DNA from: Octopus vulgaris
Taxonomy: Eukaryota
Assembly: GCA_951406725.2 (NCBI GenBank)
Contig: OX597830.1
Coordinates: 30,256,001-30,320,000 of the forward strand
Direction of reading: 5' to 3'
DNA: 64,000 nt
Of this stretch, positions 40,335 to 53,990 are shown in pieces. Within the stretch, counting starts at the first letter, position 1. Each line of letters opens with the position of its first letter. A program made the position numbers and the translations under genes. The notes under the pieces were generated by a model, which worked only from the letters and a program-made list of their open reading frames with translations, was not told the DNA's origin and made no database searches.

Positions 40335-41600
40335 AGGTCATCCCATTAGTTCTGTCCCAATTTTGAATAAATAAAACAAGTGATCAAATGTTATATTTAA
40401 TTGAAATCTAATCATCAGTGTACTTTCCTTGATTATCTATGACTTCTTTCCATCTATTCTCAAGCTTTTTAATTCCGTCAATGTGAAACTATTTTGGTTT
40501 CGAAGCAAAGAACTCTGAAATGTCAGTTTCGACCTCCTCCTGGCTTGCGTAATTTATGGCTCCCAAATGATTCTGTAAGCTATGAAACAAATGGTAGTCT
40601 GAAGGAGCAGGGTCGGGTGAATAAGGTGGATGACGAATTTTTTTCCCAACCAAGCTCTTCAATCTTCTGCGATGTGATCTTTGTAGTGTCGGTTCACGCA
40701 TTGTCCTGATGAAACATCACTCCTTTTCGATTCACAAAAGCGGGTCTTTTTTTCGTCAAAGCTTGGTTCAAACGCTCTAATTGCTGACAGTAGATGTGAG
40801 CATTGATTGTTGCATTAGATGGTAGCAATTCAAAGTCAATTACTCGTTTGAAATCCCACCAGATAGAGAGAAGAACCTTTTTTCCATGAAGTTCCCTTCT
40901 TGATTGTGGTTGAGCTTTTCTCCTTTTACCAAACCACTGTTTACGACATTTAACATTTCGATAGAAGATCCATTTTTTGTCACCAGTCACAAGTCTATCC
41001 AAAAAGTTCGCGTGAATGGAGGGAAAAGCAGATGTCAACTCGGTATTTGCGGTTGCATTCGGACAGTTCATGAGGCACCCATTTTCCAAGTTTAGGAATC
41101 TTTCCAAGTTGTTATAGATGACAATGAACTAAGTGTTATTGCCAATTCTTCAACTGATTCAACTAATAATGCAGGATTTTCTTCAAGTAATGCCTTAAGG
41201 AGCTTATCATCAAACTCAACTGGACGTCCTGTTCGATCTTCATCTTCATGGCTGAAATCATCACTTCTGAATTTTGCAAATCATCTTCTGCAAGTTCTTT
41301 CATTCAAGCATTCTTTCCCATAAACTGAGTGTATGTTTCGAGTCGCTTCGGCTACAGAGTTTCCTTTTTTGTACTCATAAAGTATTATGTACCTTAAATG
41401 CTCTTTGGATACTTTCATGTTTGAAAGGGTTTTAATAAAAGAAATTTTAATGTTATTATTCTGCAAAATAATGTTTAATTAGTTTAAATGTACACAAATG
41501 CATAAAAATAATTTTTAATTCCATTAGACATTCTAAAATACTGCTAAATTTCATTCAATTTTAAAAATGGTAAAATCGGACAGAACTTATGGGATGACCT

Positions 41601-41602
<2 letters not shown>
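40333..41602 (-). mobile_element. Full-length decayed mariner transposon (~1.27 kb)
   Basis: TIRs TCAGGTCATCCCATTAGTTCTGTCC (left) and GGACAGAACTTATGGGATGACCTTA (right); inserted in (TA)n. Confidence 0.95.
40408..41418 (-). pseudogene. Mariner DD34D transposase pseudogene
   Basis: MKVSKEHLRYIILYEYKKG (HTH), KLGKWVPHELS, VTGDKKW, FHQDNA, HPPYSPDPAPSDYHLF, ending GKYTDD*; stops and frameshifts throughout. Confidence 0.95.
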
Positions 41603-41648
<46 letters not shown>

Positions 41649-41651
41649 TAA

Positions 41652-41739
<88 letters not shown>

Positions 41740-41751
41740 GTAATAATAATA

Positions 41752-41805
<54 letters not shown>

Positions 41806-43294
41806 TATATATATATATATATATAAATCCTGTTGTGTCTGCTTTTGTGCGTTTATAACTCGAGTATTGTTCATCCGATCGCGCTGAAATTTTAAACATG
41901 TATACATGAGTGTGAGAGAGCAAAGAGTTCCGTAATCTAAAAGGATTTTCAGAATTGTCAGCTTCCAAGTGAGAATCGCTACTTTTGTAATCTTTTTGTC
42001 CTATTTCTTTCACCATCCTGTTCCTTAACCGTTGTCCTAAACAATTTATTTCTACTTTTTCACATTTAAATGACAAATATATGTAAATAAAGCTTGCTAT
42101 TTGTAAATACAGTCTCATTTTGATTTAAATATTAGACCACGGACAACTGTATCCATTTCTGCGTTTTCACACGTTTGTAAACCGCTAAAAAAATTGATAT
42201 CACACTAACTTTAATTAACTGTAATCAACCACGAGCATTTGCGGTCATATGTATTCTTACGGCTATTTTTCGTGCAATAAACCAACTGACAGGAAAAACT
42301 ACTAGGAAAAGCAATTACTTTACGTGAGCAAAAAAGTGAAAATAAAGGAAATAAATAACTGGTGATAACTCAGTTTTCTGAAGATATTCTCAACAAAATT
42401 CTATTGAAAGTAGAAAAGACTGTTTATGAAACGTGAAATATTTGTGGGGTTAAATCTAAAACCTTTGCCTAACGTTTCTCATCCAACTTAAAAAAAATAA
42501 GCAGTATTGTTAAATTTCTGAGATAAAATTAATTTGCAACAAAGAAAATGCCTTATGCTATTTCATTGCACATTGTGTTATTTCACCTCCGAGTTTTAAT
42601 TGTTTTTGTGTCAGTTTTTGAGAGAACAGAAACTCCCCTAAGCATTTTTGCGCCTTTATAGAGTCGTAGCTTCTGTTTACATGTCCTTCGGGTGACTAAA
42701 ACTTCCATTTATGTTTTTATTCGAAACTAATGTTACTTATCCCGTAGCTATTATCATTAAGCCAGTGAAAATCGAAATAAAATACGTAAAGCAATAGTCG
42801 TCAAATGCAAAAGCCAAAGAACTGTTTATTGCTTAAATATCACTTGTAATATTCACTTCATTTTGACGTATAGGTGCCAGCATGAGGTATGGAAGAGTAT
42901 ATTGTGCTTATCCTAATGTGTAAATGTTTGAGTGCAAAAAGTTTAAGGTTGATTATGATGTCCGATTCCACTGGAAGTTGTATATATTGAGGGCTGAACA
43001 GCTTTCCTTCATTTTATTGGCTTCATGACAATTTTGAAAATGTTCACTGTGTTAAGATTCACTATCAATCAATTTTTCCTTATTTAGAAGAAATAGTCAA
43101 CAGTTTTAACGTCTCAGGAATCTTTAATGACCTAACCAAAAGTAACAGCCCCATACAATCACCAAACATCTCCACAACCTAACACCATCCAAGTTCACCC
43201 TCTCCCCCTATACAAGCCGTCCAATGGACGGTGAGCACTTACTAGCATATATATATATATATATATATATTTATTTATTTATTTATATACATAC

Positions 43295-43349
<55 letters not shown>

Positions 43350-43641
43350 CACACACACACACACATACACATATATATATATATATATATATATTTAACA
43401 ATTAAGGATAACTTCTTAATAAGGAATCTTAACAAGAAATTATCAGGTAGTTAGCGTGAAAACCTCATAAAAGAAAAGAATTCGAAAATAATTTTTTTCT
43501 TTTGAACAAATTAATTATATCTATATTGTATAGAGGGCATTATTACACATAAATGCCTCACACTAAGAGGGACAAAGTCATTACTACCAAAATTACACTA
43601 ATCATACCTAAATGCAGTTCTTCAAAGCAAGACATTTAAAA

Positions 43642-43748
43642 AATGAATTTAGTTCTGTATCACCGTGATTTCACATTTAACTTACGTCTTATGATCCTCA
43701 CGGTGATCCACACGGTGATCCACACGGTGATACAGAACTAAATTCATT
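43642..43748. repeat. Perfect 26-bp inverted repeat enclosing CACGGTGATC tandem repeats
   Basis: AATGAATTTAGTTCTGTATCACCGTG (43642-43667) / CACGGTGATACAGAACTAAATTCATT (43723-43748). Confidence 0.92.
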
Positions 43749-43749
43749 C

Positions 43750-44042
43750 CAGGGCTTATTCTTTTGCCGAACTGCTAAGTTATGGGGACGTAAACACACC
43801 AGCATCGGTTGTTAAGCGATGGTGGGGGAACAAACACAGACACAGAAACAAACACACACACACATATATGTATATATACGACGGGATTCTTTCAGTTTCC
43901 GTCTACCAAATCCACTCACAAGGCTTTGGTCGGCCCGAGGCTATAGCAGAAGACAATCGCCCAGGGTGTCACGCAGTGGGACTGAACCAGGAACCATGTG
44001 GTTGGTAAGCAAACTACTTACCACACAGTCACTCCTTCGCCT
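43750..44042 (-). mobile_element. SINE family A, 3' end missing
   Basis: TTTTGCCGAACTGCTAAGTTA...TTCAGTTTCCGTCTACCAAATCC...ACTCCTTCGCC. Confidence 0.88.
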
Positions 44043-44639
44043 ATGTTTAAAATGTTGATGATGTCATCGAATTCTTCAATATTTAAGGTTTTAGAACGCT
44101 TACTTCTTGAACTAAGTTTATTGGAAAAAAGAATCTGATTGTGTCTTCTCTTTTCTTCCATAGTTAAACTTGCTCCAAACCATAACATTCAAACGCATAT
44201 CCTGACAAGGAGTATAGTATTATAGATTACAATTATTATAACTACGATGATGACGACAACGACGCCGATTGTGATTATTAAACTTCTGCTGGTGTTTGTA
44301 ATGTTGATGATCATCATGATGATTATGATGATGATATCAGCTTGAGAAAATAAGTTTCTGTTATATAATAAGTTTAAAAGTGAAGAAAGAGAAATAAAGG
44401 ATATGAAATAACAACGCAACAGATGCAAATTTATTGAAAAAAAAGAAGACTGAAACAATATTTATAAAAAAACAACAACAAATAAACAATTCACAACGTT
44501 AAAAAAAAAATACAAAACAAAAGAAGCATAAAAGGAGAAGCATGGGAGGTCAGCTCCTAAGTAAAACTTAATGTTTTGTGCGTAGTCGTGTTTTTTTATG
44601 CATATCTGTGCGACGTATGTATGTGTGTATACATATATA

Positions 44640-44738
<99 letters not shown>

Positions 44739-45202
44739 GTGTGCTCGTAATTTTTGGCGTTGTTGTTGTTTTGCTTTCTGCTTGAAAGTGTATGGGTGTG
44801 TACAAATGTACAAATGTATGAATGTATGTATTTGTGTATGTGAAAGTTTGCCACTTCTCAGCTGTGGATTTTGCATTACGTTCAGATAATATTCGTATTT
44901 ATATTTATATTTATATGTAGGCTTTTCATATATATATATATATTTTTGCTGTAATTTCTTTATTTCTATTTAGTATTAAATTTCATTCTTCTTGCTTATC
45001 TTCCAATCCCTCTTTGTCTCCCAGTGTCTTTTTCTCTCTTCCCCCCCTCTCTCTCTCTACCTGTCTCTACCTGTCTATTTATGAACATGTGTATATATGT
45101 GTGGGTGTATATATATATATTTACATATATATATGTAAAGGTATATATATGTGTGTATATCTATATATATGTATATATATGCATATATATGTATATATAT
45201 GA

Positions 45203-45262
<60 letters not shown>

Positions 45263-45877
45263 GTATATATATTTATATATACACAATTAATAAAAAGAAC
45301 GGAGAAAACATGAATACATATTACATATTCATATACATACACGAACATATATACAATATGATGTATTTGTGTAGATAGATATGTGTATGTATGCCACCCT
45401 CCACACACACACAGTCGCACATGCATACACATGCAATTATGCATGTATCTCATATTGGGGCTAGTTTAAAGCCAGTAAACAGAGCTTTCGTTGATCGTTG
45501 ATATATAATCCGGAGAGCTTTATGCTGCTATCTTGCAGAAAAGCTCTTACAAAAAAACTCTTTGAGCCCAACAAATCTATAATTTACCAACTGTAAAACT
45601 TATCATGTTCTATAGAACTGAAAGTCATTCACCTGCTGGCTATAACACTTCGCAGCCAATAAATGCAGCATCTTGATTTTCAATATGATTCAATTCACGT
45701 TTAAAACGTTTTAAATTTATATAATATTTACCCTGGTATTTCTTTCGTACATCGTTTTATCAATCTTGGAAAATGAAAAGCGAAGTTAATCTCCGTAGGA
45801 TTTCAGCTTCCTACTTTAAATTTGTAGGAGTTGTATTGCCTGACTCTCTATCGATGCAGCCTCATAATAATGCTACT

Positions 45878-46040
45878 GGTCTCAGATTTTGGCACAAGGC
45901 CTGAAATTTACATCGCCTCCAGTGTTCCTTTGGTGTTTATTTTATAGGTCGCTGAAAGGTGTTCAACCTCGGCGGAATCTGAACTCAAAACATAAAGACG
46001 GACGAAATACCGCTAAGCATTTTGCCCGACATGCTAACGA
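45878..46040 (-). mobile_element. SINE family B, degenerate
   Basis: TTTTGGCACAAGGCC...CCTCGGCGGAATCTGAACTC...GACGAAATACCGCTAAGCAT...GCCAGCTCACTGCC. Confidence 0.8.
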
Positions 46041-46407
46041 TTGAGCCAGCTCACTGCCTTCTAGTAATATCGATATTGGTTAACAAGTTTTGGTACTAGG
46101 CCAGAAAATTCGGGGGAGGGAGTAAGCCGATTGACGTTAGAGACTATATAACCTTCAAAAGGTAAAGTTACCTTCTCAGGTAATGCCGAATCATAAGGGT
46201 TGGTTTCCTGGTTTCCACGGGGAATATAATTTTTGAAGTCTAGTTTCTAGGTAAAAAAAGAACGATGGAATTTTTGGTTAAGACGTGAAGCGCTACGGGC
46301 TCACTGCTCAACGTCCCAAAATGAAGAGACTTAACAGTTCGAATGCCTTAAGTTACCCAACACATTCGCCAAAGGATTATTTGATTTTCATGTAGTACCA
46401 ACATATT

Positions 46408-46975
46408 ATTTTCTAATCTAGGCACAAGGCCCGAAATTTTGTGAGAGGAGGTCAGTCGGTTAGATCGACCCCAGTACGCAACTGCCACTTAATTTATCGA
46501 ACCCGAAAGGATGGAAGGCAAAGTCGACCTCGGCGGAATTCAGAACGTAAATACAGACGAAATACCTATTTCTTTATTACCCACAAGGGGCTAAACACAG
46601 AGGGGACAAACAAGGACAGACATAGGTATTAAGTCGATTACATCGACCCCAGTGCGTAACTGGTACTTAATTTATCTCCCCGAAAGGATGAAAGGCAAAG
46701 TCGACCCCCGTTGAGCATTTCGCCCGGCGAGCTAACGTTTTTTTATTTCTTTATTGCCCACAAGGGGCTAAACATAAAGGGGACAAACAAGGATAGACAA
46801 AGGGATTAAGTCGATTACATCGACCCCAGTGCGTAACTCATACTTAGTTTATCGACCCCGAAAGGATGGAAGGTAAAGTCGACATCGGCGGAATTTGAAC
46901 TCAGCACGTAACGGCAGACGAAATACCGCTGAGCATTTCGCCCGGCGCGCTAACGATTCTGCCAACTCACCGCTT
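46408..46975 (-). mobile_element. SINE family B tandem array (three bodies)
   Basis: Three GCAAAGTCGAC-type bodies; junctions at 46566/46567 and ~46742; intact head at ~46975. Confidence 0.92.
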
Positions 46976-47232
46976 TTAAGCGCCGACATATTAGGGTACT
47001 TAAATGTGTTTTATGTCTTGTTTTCTCCCCCTTTTTGCGATTACATGGATCACAGATGTATGTCCAGACAGGGGAAAGGAAACATATGTACAGTAATATA
47101 AAAGAAACAAAGACCCACCCAAAGTTATTGATGCTGTTTTGCGATAGCATCAACTTTACTAAACTAAGATGTGACTAAATCGCTTCCAGCTTGTTTTTTT
47201 TTTTCCTCTTGTTTTCGGTCATAATCTACCGA

Positions 47233-47549
47233 AGTGAAGGCGCGTGGCTTAGTGGTTAGGGCATTCGACTCACGATTATAAGGTCGCGTGTTCAATTCCC
47301 GGCTTCGCGTCGTACCTTTGAGCAACATACTTTATTTCTTCTTCCTCCAGTCCACTCAGCTGGCAAAAATGAGTCGTACCTGTATTTCAAGGAGCCAGCC
47401 TTGTCACACTCTATGCTGAATCTGAGAATTATGTTAAGGGTACACATGTTTGCGGAGCACTCAACCACTAGTACGTTAATTTCAAGAGCAGGCTGTTCCG
47501 TTGATCGCATCAGGTGGGACCCTCGTCGTCATAACCGACGGAGTGCTCC
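47233..47549 (+). mobile_element. SINE family C, short-body type, full length with TSD
   Basis: tRNA-like head GGCGCGTGGCTTAGTGGTTAGG...GTTCAATTCCC; TSD TAATCTACCGA at 47222-47232 and 47550-47560. Confidence 0.92.
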
Positions 47550-47777
47550 TAATCTACCGAGAATTGCTTTGTCCTGTAATATACTTTTGGGGCTGAGGAT
47601 CTGATGATATGATGGAAATATGTGTGGAAACTTAAGCAAGTAAAATTACTGGGTAGAGTAAACATACAATAACTTTTCATGCCAGTGTTGAATCACTGTG
47701 TGCCCTGGTGGGTGGGTAAATGATGATTTTTCAATATTACAAGTCAATGAGTGAGCAATAGAATTATTAGTTTTGGT

Positions 47778-47949
47778 TTTACTCTTTTACTTGTTTCAAT
47801 CCTGGACTTATTCTTTGTAAGCCTAGTACTTATTTTATCGTTCTCTTTTTGTCGAACCGCTAGGTTACGGGGACGTAAACACACCACCATCGATTATCAC
47901 GCGATGTTTGGGGGGGGGGACAAACATAGACACACAAACATATACACGC

Positions 47950-47983
<34 letters not shown>

Positions 47984-48171
47984 ACATATATATGCATATA
48001 CATATATACGACAGGCTTCTTTCAGTTTCCGTCTACCAAATCCACTCACAAGGCTTTGGTCAGCCCGAGGCTATAGTAGTAGACACTTGCCCAAGGTGCG
48101 ACGCTGTGGAACTGAACCCCGAACTATGTGGTTGGTAAGCAAGCTACTTACCACACAACCACTCCTACGCG
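47778..48171 (-). mobile_element. SINE family A
   Basis: Reverse complement of the reference copy with a small 3' deletion. Confidence 0.9.
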
Positions 48172-48426
48172 TACGTTTTAGTTAGTAAATACTTATATGT
48201 CATTAAGTATTTTGGGGATTTCGTCAGCGAGCAGTTATATCTTTAAATAGGAGCAAACTCTTCTTTTTGCAGTTGGATGTTCCCCCCAATCCGGACGTAA
48301 AAGATTATTTATGTTATTCATTAATAATCGGGTTATCATACAGCGCATGTTGAATAAAGATCACTACTACAGTATGATAGTCTGTATAAGAAAACTTCCG
48401 TATTATGTGTTATATGTTAATGTTTC

Positions 48427-48620
48427 AGGAGCAGGCGTGGCTGTGTGGTGTGATGTTTACTTCCCAAACATCTGATTCCGGTTTCAGTCACACTGCGTGG
48501 CACCTTGGTCATGTGTCTTCTACTATAACCGCGGGCCGACCAAAGCTTTGTGAGTGAAATTGGTAGACGGAAACTGAAAGAAACCCATCGAATGTGTTTA
48601 TGCGTGCGTGTATGTTTGTG
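48427..48620 (+). mobile_element. SINE family A 5' half
   Basis: GGAGCAGGCGTGGCTGTGTGG...TTGGTAGACGGAAACTGAAAGAA then microsatellite. Confidence 0.82.
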
Positions 48621-48677
48621 TTTGTGCGAGTGTGATTGTGTGTGTGTTTGTATATATATATATATATATATATATAG

Positions 48678-49052
48678 TCTTTTATTCTCTTACTTCTTTC
48701 ACTCATTTGGCTGTGGCCATGCTGGAGCACCGCCTTTAGGTGAGCAAATCGTAAGCCTAGTACTTATTCTATCGGTGTTGTTTGCTGAACCGCTAAGTTA
48801 CGAGGACGTAAACACACCAGCATCGGTTGTCAAGCAATGTTGGGGGGGACAAGCACATACACACAAATACATACATGTACATACATATATATATGATACG
48901 TGCTTCTTACAGTTTCCTTCTACCAAATCCATTCATAAAGCTTTGGTCGGCCCGAGGCTATAGTAATAGAAGACATTTGCTCAAGGTGCTACACAGTAGG
49001 ACTGAACCTGGAACCATGTCATTGGTAAGCAAGCTGCTAACGACACAGTCGC
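48678..49052 (-). mobile_element. SINE family A
   Basis: GGCCATGCTGGAGCACCGCC...CTACCAAATCC...TTGGTAAGCAAGC. Confidence 0.87.
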
Positions 49053-49323
49053 TCATATATATATATAAAATAATTAGGGTGAAAAATTGAATATTAATTT
49101 GATTAATATCAATTTAAAACCTAGTATATTATATTAAAATTCGAAGATACAGGAAAATTATATTACATATATATAAATATACATCCCTCTTATATGTATG
49201 TAATATATACTTACATACATACATACATATTTACATATGTATATATATATTGCATAATATACATATATATATATTCAAATACACACACGTGCGCGCGCAC
49301 ACACTTATACATATGTATGAGCG

Positions 49324-49428
<105 letters not shown>

Positions 49429-49836
49429 GCATGTATGAATATATATGCGATGGGTTTCTGTCACACGTGTGAGTACGTATTCGCGCAAGATCATGTGTCT
49501 ACTTCGTTGCCTCATTCTGTACATAGTAGTGTGTAAGCGTGTTTGTATGCTGTAGGGGGAGAGGTGTTTATGTGTGTACATACCTATTGCACTATTGTAT
49601 GCAAAATAAGTGAGAGTGTGTGATAGTTTTGGTTGCGTATGCTTAAAGCTTTAACAGTGTCTTTTTGCAAATAGGACAATCAGGTTGATTAAACCGGATA
49701 CAGCTGTTTTGACTTTTTTTATTTCCAAAACCCTGTCAGTTGTTATTGTCGAATACACTCGCACAAACTTGCACATACTCATAGAAACATACACACACTC
49801 ACACACATGCATAATCCCGCTCACGCACACACTACA

Positions 49837-49920
<84 letters not shown>

Positions 49921-50159
49921 AACGTGTGTATATGTATGTGCGTATGTGGGTGTGTATGCATGTATGTATGAAAGTGTGTATGTAGCAATACATGCAAATA
50001 TATAAAGATAAATACATATTTCTATATGTGCAGGTGGGCTTAAATATTTCGGTCTGGAACCACGTGGTTCTACGTTGGACCCTATTGAGCAGCATTTTTC
50101 GCAACTGTTACTTTTAGAGTAATCTCAGTATGTATATGTGTGTATACATATATACATAT

Positions 50160-50232
<73 letters not shown>

Positions 50233-50428
50233 GTGTGTGTGTGTGTATATGGCTCCTCTCCTGTCAGGGGTTGCAGATGAGCCTACTTCACGACAGGAAA
50301 CACGGAGGGGTACAGCAGTATCAGACTCTCCCATTCGCTAAATGTAACATATCAGAAGAGGTTTCAAACAGTGGTGCCCCAGCATGACAGAAGCTTTAAG
50401 GCTGAAACAAATTTAAAGAATTTAAAGA

Positions 50429-50460
<32 letters not shown>

Positions 50461-50488
50461 ATGTGTGTATGTTTTATCTATACATCAA

Positions 50489-50519
<31 letters not shown>

Positions 50520-50528
50520 ATCTATCTC

Positions 50529-50612
<84 letters not shown>

Positions 50613-50865
50613 CATACATACATACATACATACATACATACATACATACATACATACATACATACATACATTCAAAATAATAATCCTCGGCCCACATCTC
50701 AATTTTGTACAGATATGTATGCCCGGTAGTTTCATACAAAAATGAGATGCTAAGTGACGTATAAATTGTAGAAAGATCTTGGCGGTATACTAAAGAATTT
50801 TGTCTTAAATGTAAGCACATTCCCCAGTTCAATGAATATGTACTTTTTTTAACGTTATATTAGAT

Positions 50866-51057
50866 CAGTGCTTCCCAGCCTGGAGTCCGCAGTCCCCTGG
50901 TAGTCCGCGCAGGTAGTTCTGGGGATCCGTGAACCAAATTAAAAATTTCATATATATACACATATATACACAAGAACAAGCATATTATAGGGGGTCCGCG
51001 AGAAAACTCATTTAAATTAAAGGGTTAGAACCACTGTGTAATTGTTGGGAACCACTG
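50866..51057. mobile_element. hAT (Charlie-type) MITE
   Basis: TIRs CAGTGCTTCCCA / TGGGAACCACTG; 8-bp TSD TATTAGAT / CATTAGAT; internal GGGGTCCGCG-type subterminal motifs. Confidence 0.85.
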
Positions 51058-51159
51058 CATTAGATATTAAAAATTATTAGACCTAACCACTATGGGTTGC
51101 CAAACGAGAAAATTATACAAGTCCATAAGAACTCCAATAATGCACCAGCAATACAGCGG

Positions 51160-51678
51160 TGGTATATATGACGAAGAGCTCCGCTCGAAACGTTATACTC
51201 TCCTTCTTCCCTTCTTTCCTGAGCGTCCAATAATACTTTATTTGTTCCACGTCCTCGCGTTGCTGTGTTTTTTGTTTTTTTTTGTGTTTTCTTGTTTGGA
51301 TTAACTATATATATATATATTGCCTGCCATTGTCCACCATACACACACATACACACACATGCACACACTCATACACATACCCTTGTCATCTCGCACACCT
51401 TTTTTACCATTCCTTCTTTGATTCAGCTCTCCTGTTTTTAAAAACATGTTCCTCCCTTTTCACCACTTCCGTCTTTTCAGTATGTGACCTCGTGAAGACT
51501 ACCTGCAATTTTTTTCCTCTGTCCTCCCGCCTCGGGATCTTTCTTTCTCCTATGTTTCCGACGAAGAGCTCCGCCCGAAACGTCATACCCTCTTTCTTCC
51601 CTTCTTTCCTGAGCGTCCAATAATACTTTATTTGTTCCACATCCTCGCGTTGTTGTCTTTTTGTTTTCTTGTTTGGAT

Positions 51679-51682
<4 letters not shown>
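51160..51682 (+). mobile_element. Tandem pair of Penelope-type terminal repeats (type 2), each with a hammerhead-like motif
   Basis: GACGAAGAGCTCCGC(T/C)CGAAACGT at ~51170 and ~51560, each followed by the same ~115 bp ending TGGATTAAC(TA)n. Confidence 0.7.
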
Positions 51683-51736
<54 letters not shown>

Positions 51737-53439
51737 AAAATGGAGAAGAAAAATTAGAAAGATGCTTGGTTTGTTTTATTTGTACTACAATTGGAAAAGT
51801 AATGCAAATTAAAAGATGAAAAAATATACCTATCAGAATATAAAAGGAACCGCCTCAACCAACAAAACAACCCAAAAATATCAAAAAAGAAACGATATTC
51901 TACATACATATATATGTTTCGATATAACAATATTTAAGAATCATCAATAATCTTAACTTTAAAAGATGCAATAATATGTATATTGTTATATCTCTTCAGG
52001 AAAAATAAATGTATTTTAGTCTTGAGTTTCAGAAATAACTTATTTGAGGATAATGTTTAGATATTTTCAAATGTAAACAAACTTTCTTTAAAAGACGCAT
52101 AGTTCATGTGCTTAGAATTTTAACGTTTAAAATTTAGTTAATATTGAACGCTATAATGCTATTCAAACATCAAATCCATTTGTAAAGAAATCAACACCTA
52201 CCCATCACACATACTCTATCATATTAATATTCATATTTACACCTACAAAGGGAAACGCAATGGAGGTGGCAATTGGACGGCCGCAACCCTTCGCGAGTGG
52301 TGCAATACACGAAAAAAACTACACTAGAAAAAAGCAAATAAATAAAGATTTGATGAACAACATTGGTGCCATTTATGAATCAAATCATTCAGGCCACAAT
52401 CTCCAGCGATTTCAAGAAAAAAACATCTTGCATCTAACACACTAGGTGCACAAAAACAATACCAAAACAATACAACAATCACGAACTAATACTAATATTA
52501 AGGAAGTGAAAAATGGTGTTACAGGACAAACTCCCCAGGAACCAAATGACTGGCGCATGTTGGGGATCTTCCTACTTAGACTTTGACAAGAATTTTTGGA
52601 CAAGGAATACTCCGCGCTATAATGAAAGTGGCCGCAGTAAACGTTTAACCTACGGATAGAATCCCTGTAGCACCCTGCATTCCTAGAGGAACATATGACT
52701 GGACGTAATCTTGTTTGGTCCGTATCATAATTTATATGTCTCAACAAACACTGTAAGGAATTATCTATCTTAGACAGGGCGCAATATTCCAATCACACGT
52801 GAATACTGAAAAGTTTTCAATATGTTTAATATTAAAGTTTGCTATTCCTGTTTTAAATAATATCACTTCCAGCATTGCACAACACAAGAAAAATGTATAT
52901 TTGCAGTCAAAAACCAATCCATTTGTCTTCAGTTTCCAAAACTTTACCAGTTGTCCGCTGACGGAATGTTGCCTAACTTAAATCCGTTAATATTGTGCAG
53001 GGAAACTACTCCGAGTTTACTACTTATATTTTCAAAGAATCAGACATTTAGAATTATGAACAGGGAATATGTACTCCTATCACCTTTTTCATTTGGAAGC
53101 TTAGAGTTCAAGAATATGGCTGCCTTACTTAAACCTCTTTCATTCTACATAAGGCAGTTGTATATTATTTAGGATTTCTCAGGTGATAGCTTTGCTTGTT
53201 TGACCAAAGAGCAGAAACAATAGAAGAAGAGAAATCATTTCGGCTTTTCTTCACTTCAACTTTTTTCTTGAGTCAGTCCGACCAAACATATACATTAAAG
53301 AATGCCGCCAAAAAGTAAAAAGTTGTTTCCCTCCCTTGCGAACGAAATTTCACCTTGGCAGACATTTCTATCTTATACTATTAAATTTCCTTTACTACAT
53401 ACAAAATCTTGATGTGTATTATACTGCTGATTGTAAATA

Positions 53440-53525
53440 TTACCATTGTAAGGCCAAACAGATCTATGTGCCTAGCCAATCAGCGACCAATTAGATATCA
53501 GCTATCAAAGCAAGATTAACCAAAG
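53440..53525. promoter_or_regulatory. Possible promoter-like CCAAT cluster at the edge of a repeat-free island
   Basis: AGCCAATCAG and GACCAATTAG adjacent at ~53474-53493; motif evidence only. Confidence 0.2.
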
Positions 53526-53676
53526 ATTCTCTCATCGCTGGTATCGTATCGTTTAGAGACGTATCTTATGCCTGTGAAACTTTGATTGTTATGGCAGCAA
53601 TCTTTTATCTACCTATTTATCTATATCTATCTATCTAACTCTCTCTTTCTTTCTCCCTTTCTCTCTCTCTCTCTAC

Positions 53677-53720
<44 letters not shown>

Positions 53721-53724
<4 letters not shown>

Positions 53725-53990
53725 GGAATTTACAGAAAAACAACAGACGGAGACAGGTGTATGAACAACAAGCAGGTGCATTAGTTTCACGCTCGGCAAA
53801 ATAAGAAAGTCTTTTGCATTTCGAGCCTACGCTCTTCAACAGAAAGGAATAAGAGAAAATAAACAGAGAGAGAATTAAAAAAACTTGTAGGTTTAGCGAT
53901 CAAGCATAGTGACTGGTTGATAGGAGAGGTAGAAAGTAGGGAAGATAATAATAAAGTATTGGTGATCCCAAAACGAAGGTGCGTGTGCAC
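53721..53990 (-). mobile_element. Penelope-type terminal repeat (type 1) with degenerate hammerhead motif
   Basis: Minus strand TTGAAGAG-CGTAGG-CTC-GAAATGC; ends AATTCCAAC(TA)n; homologous to the 10845 and 30030 copies. Confidence 0.62.

Noticed and set aside
52442-52792. 116-aa minus-strand ORF
   Set aside because: Non-ATG start and no recognisable family; kept only as part of the repeat-free island.
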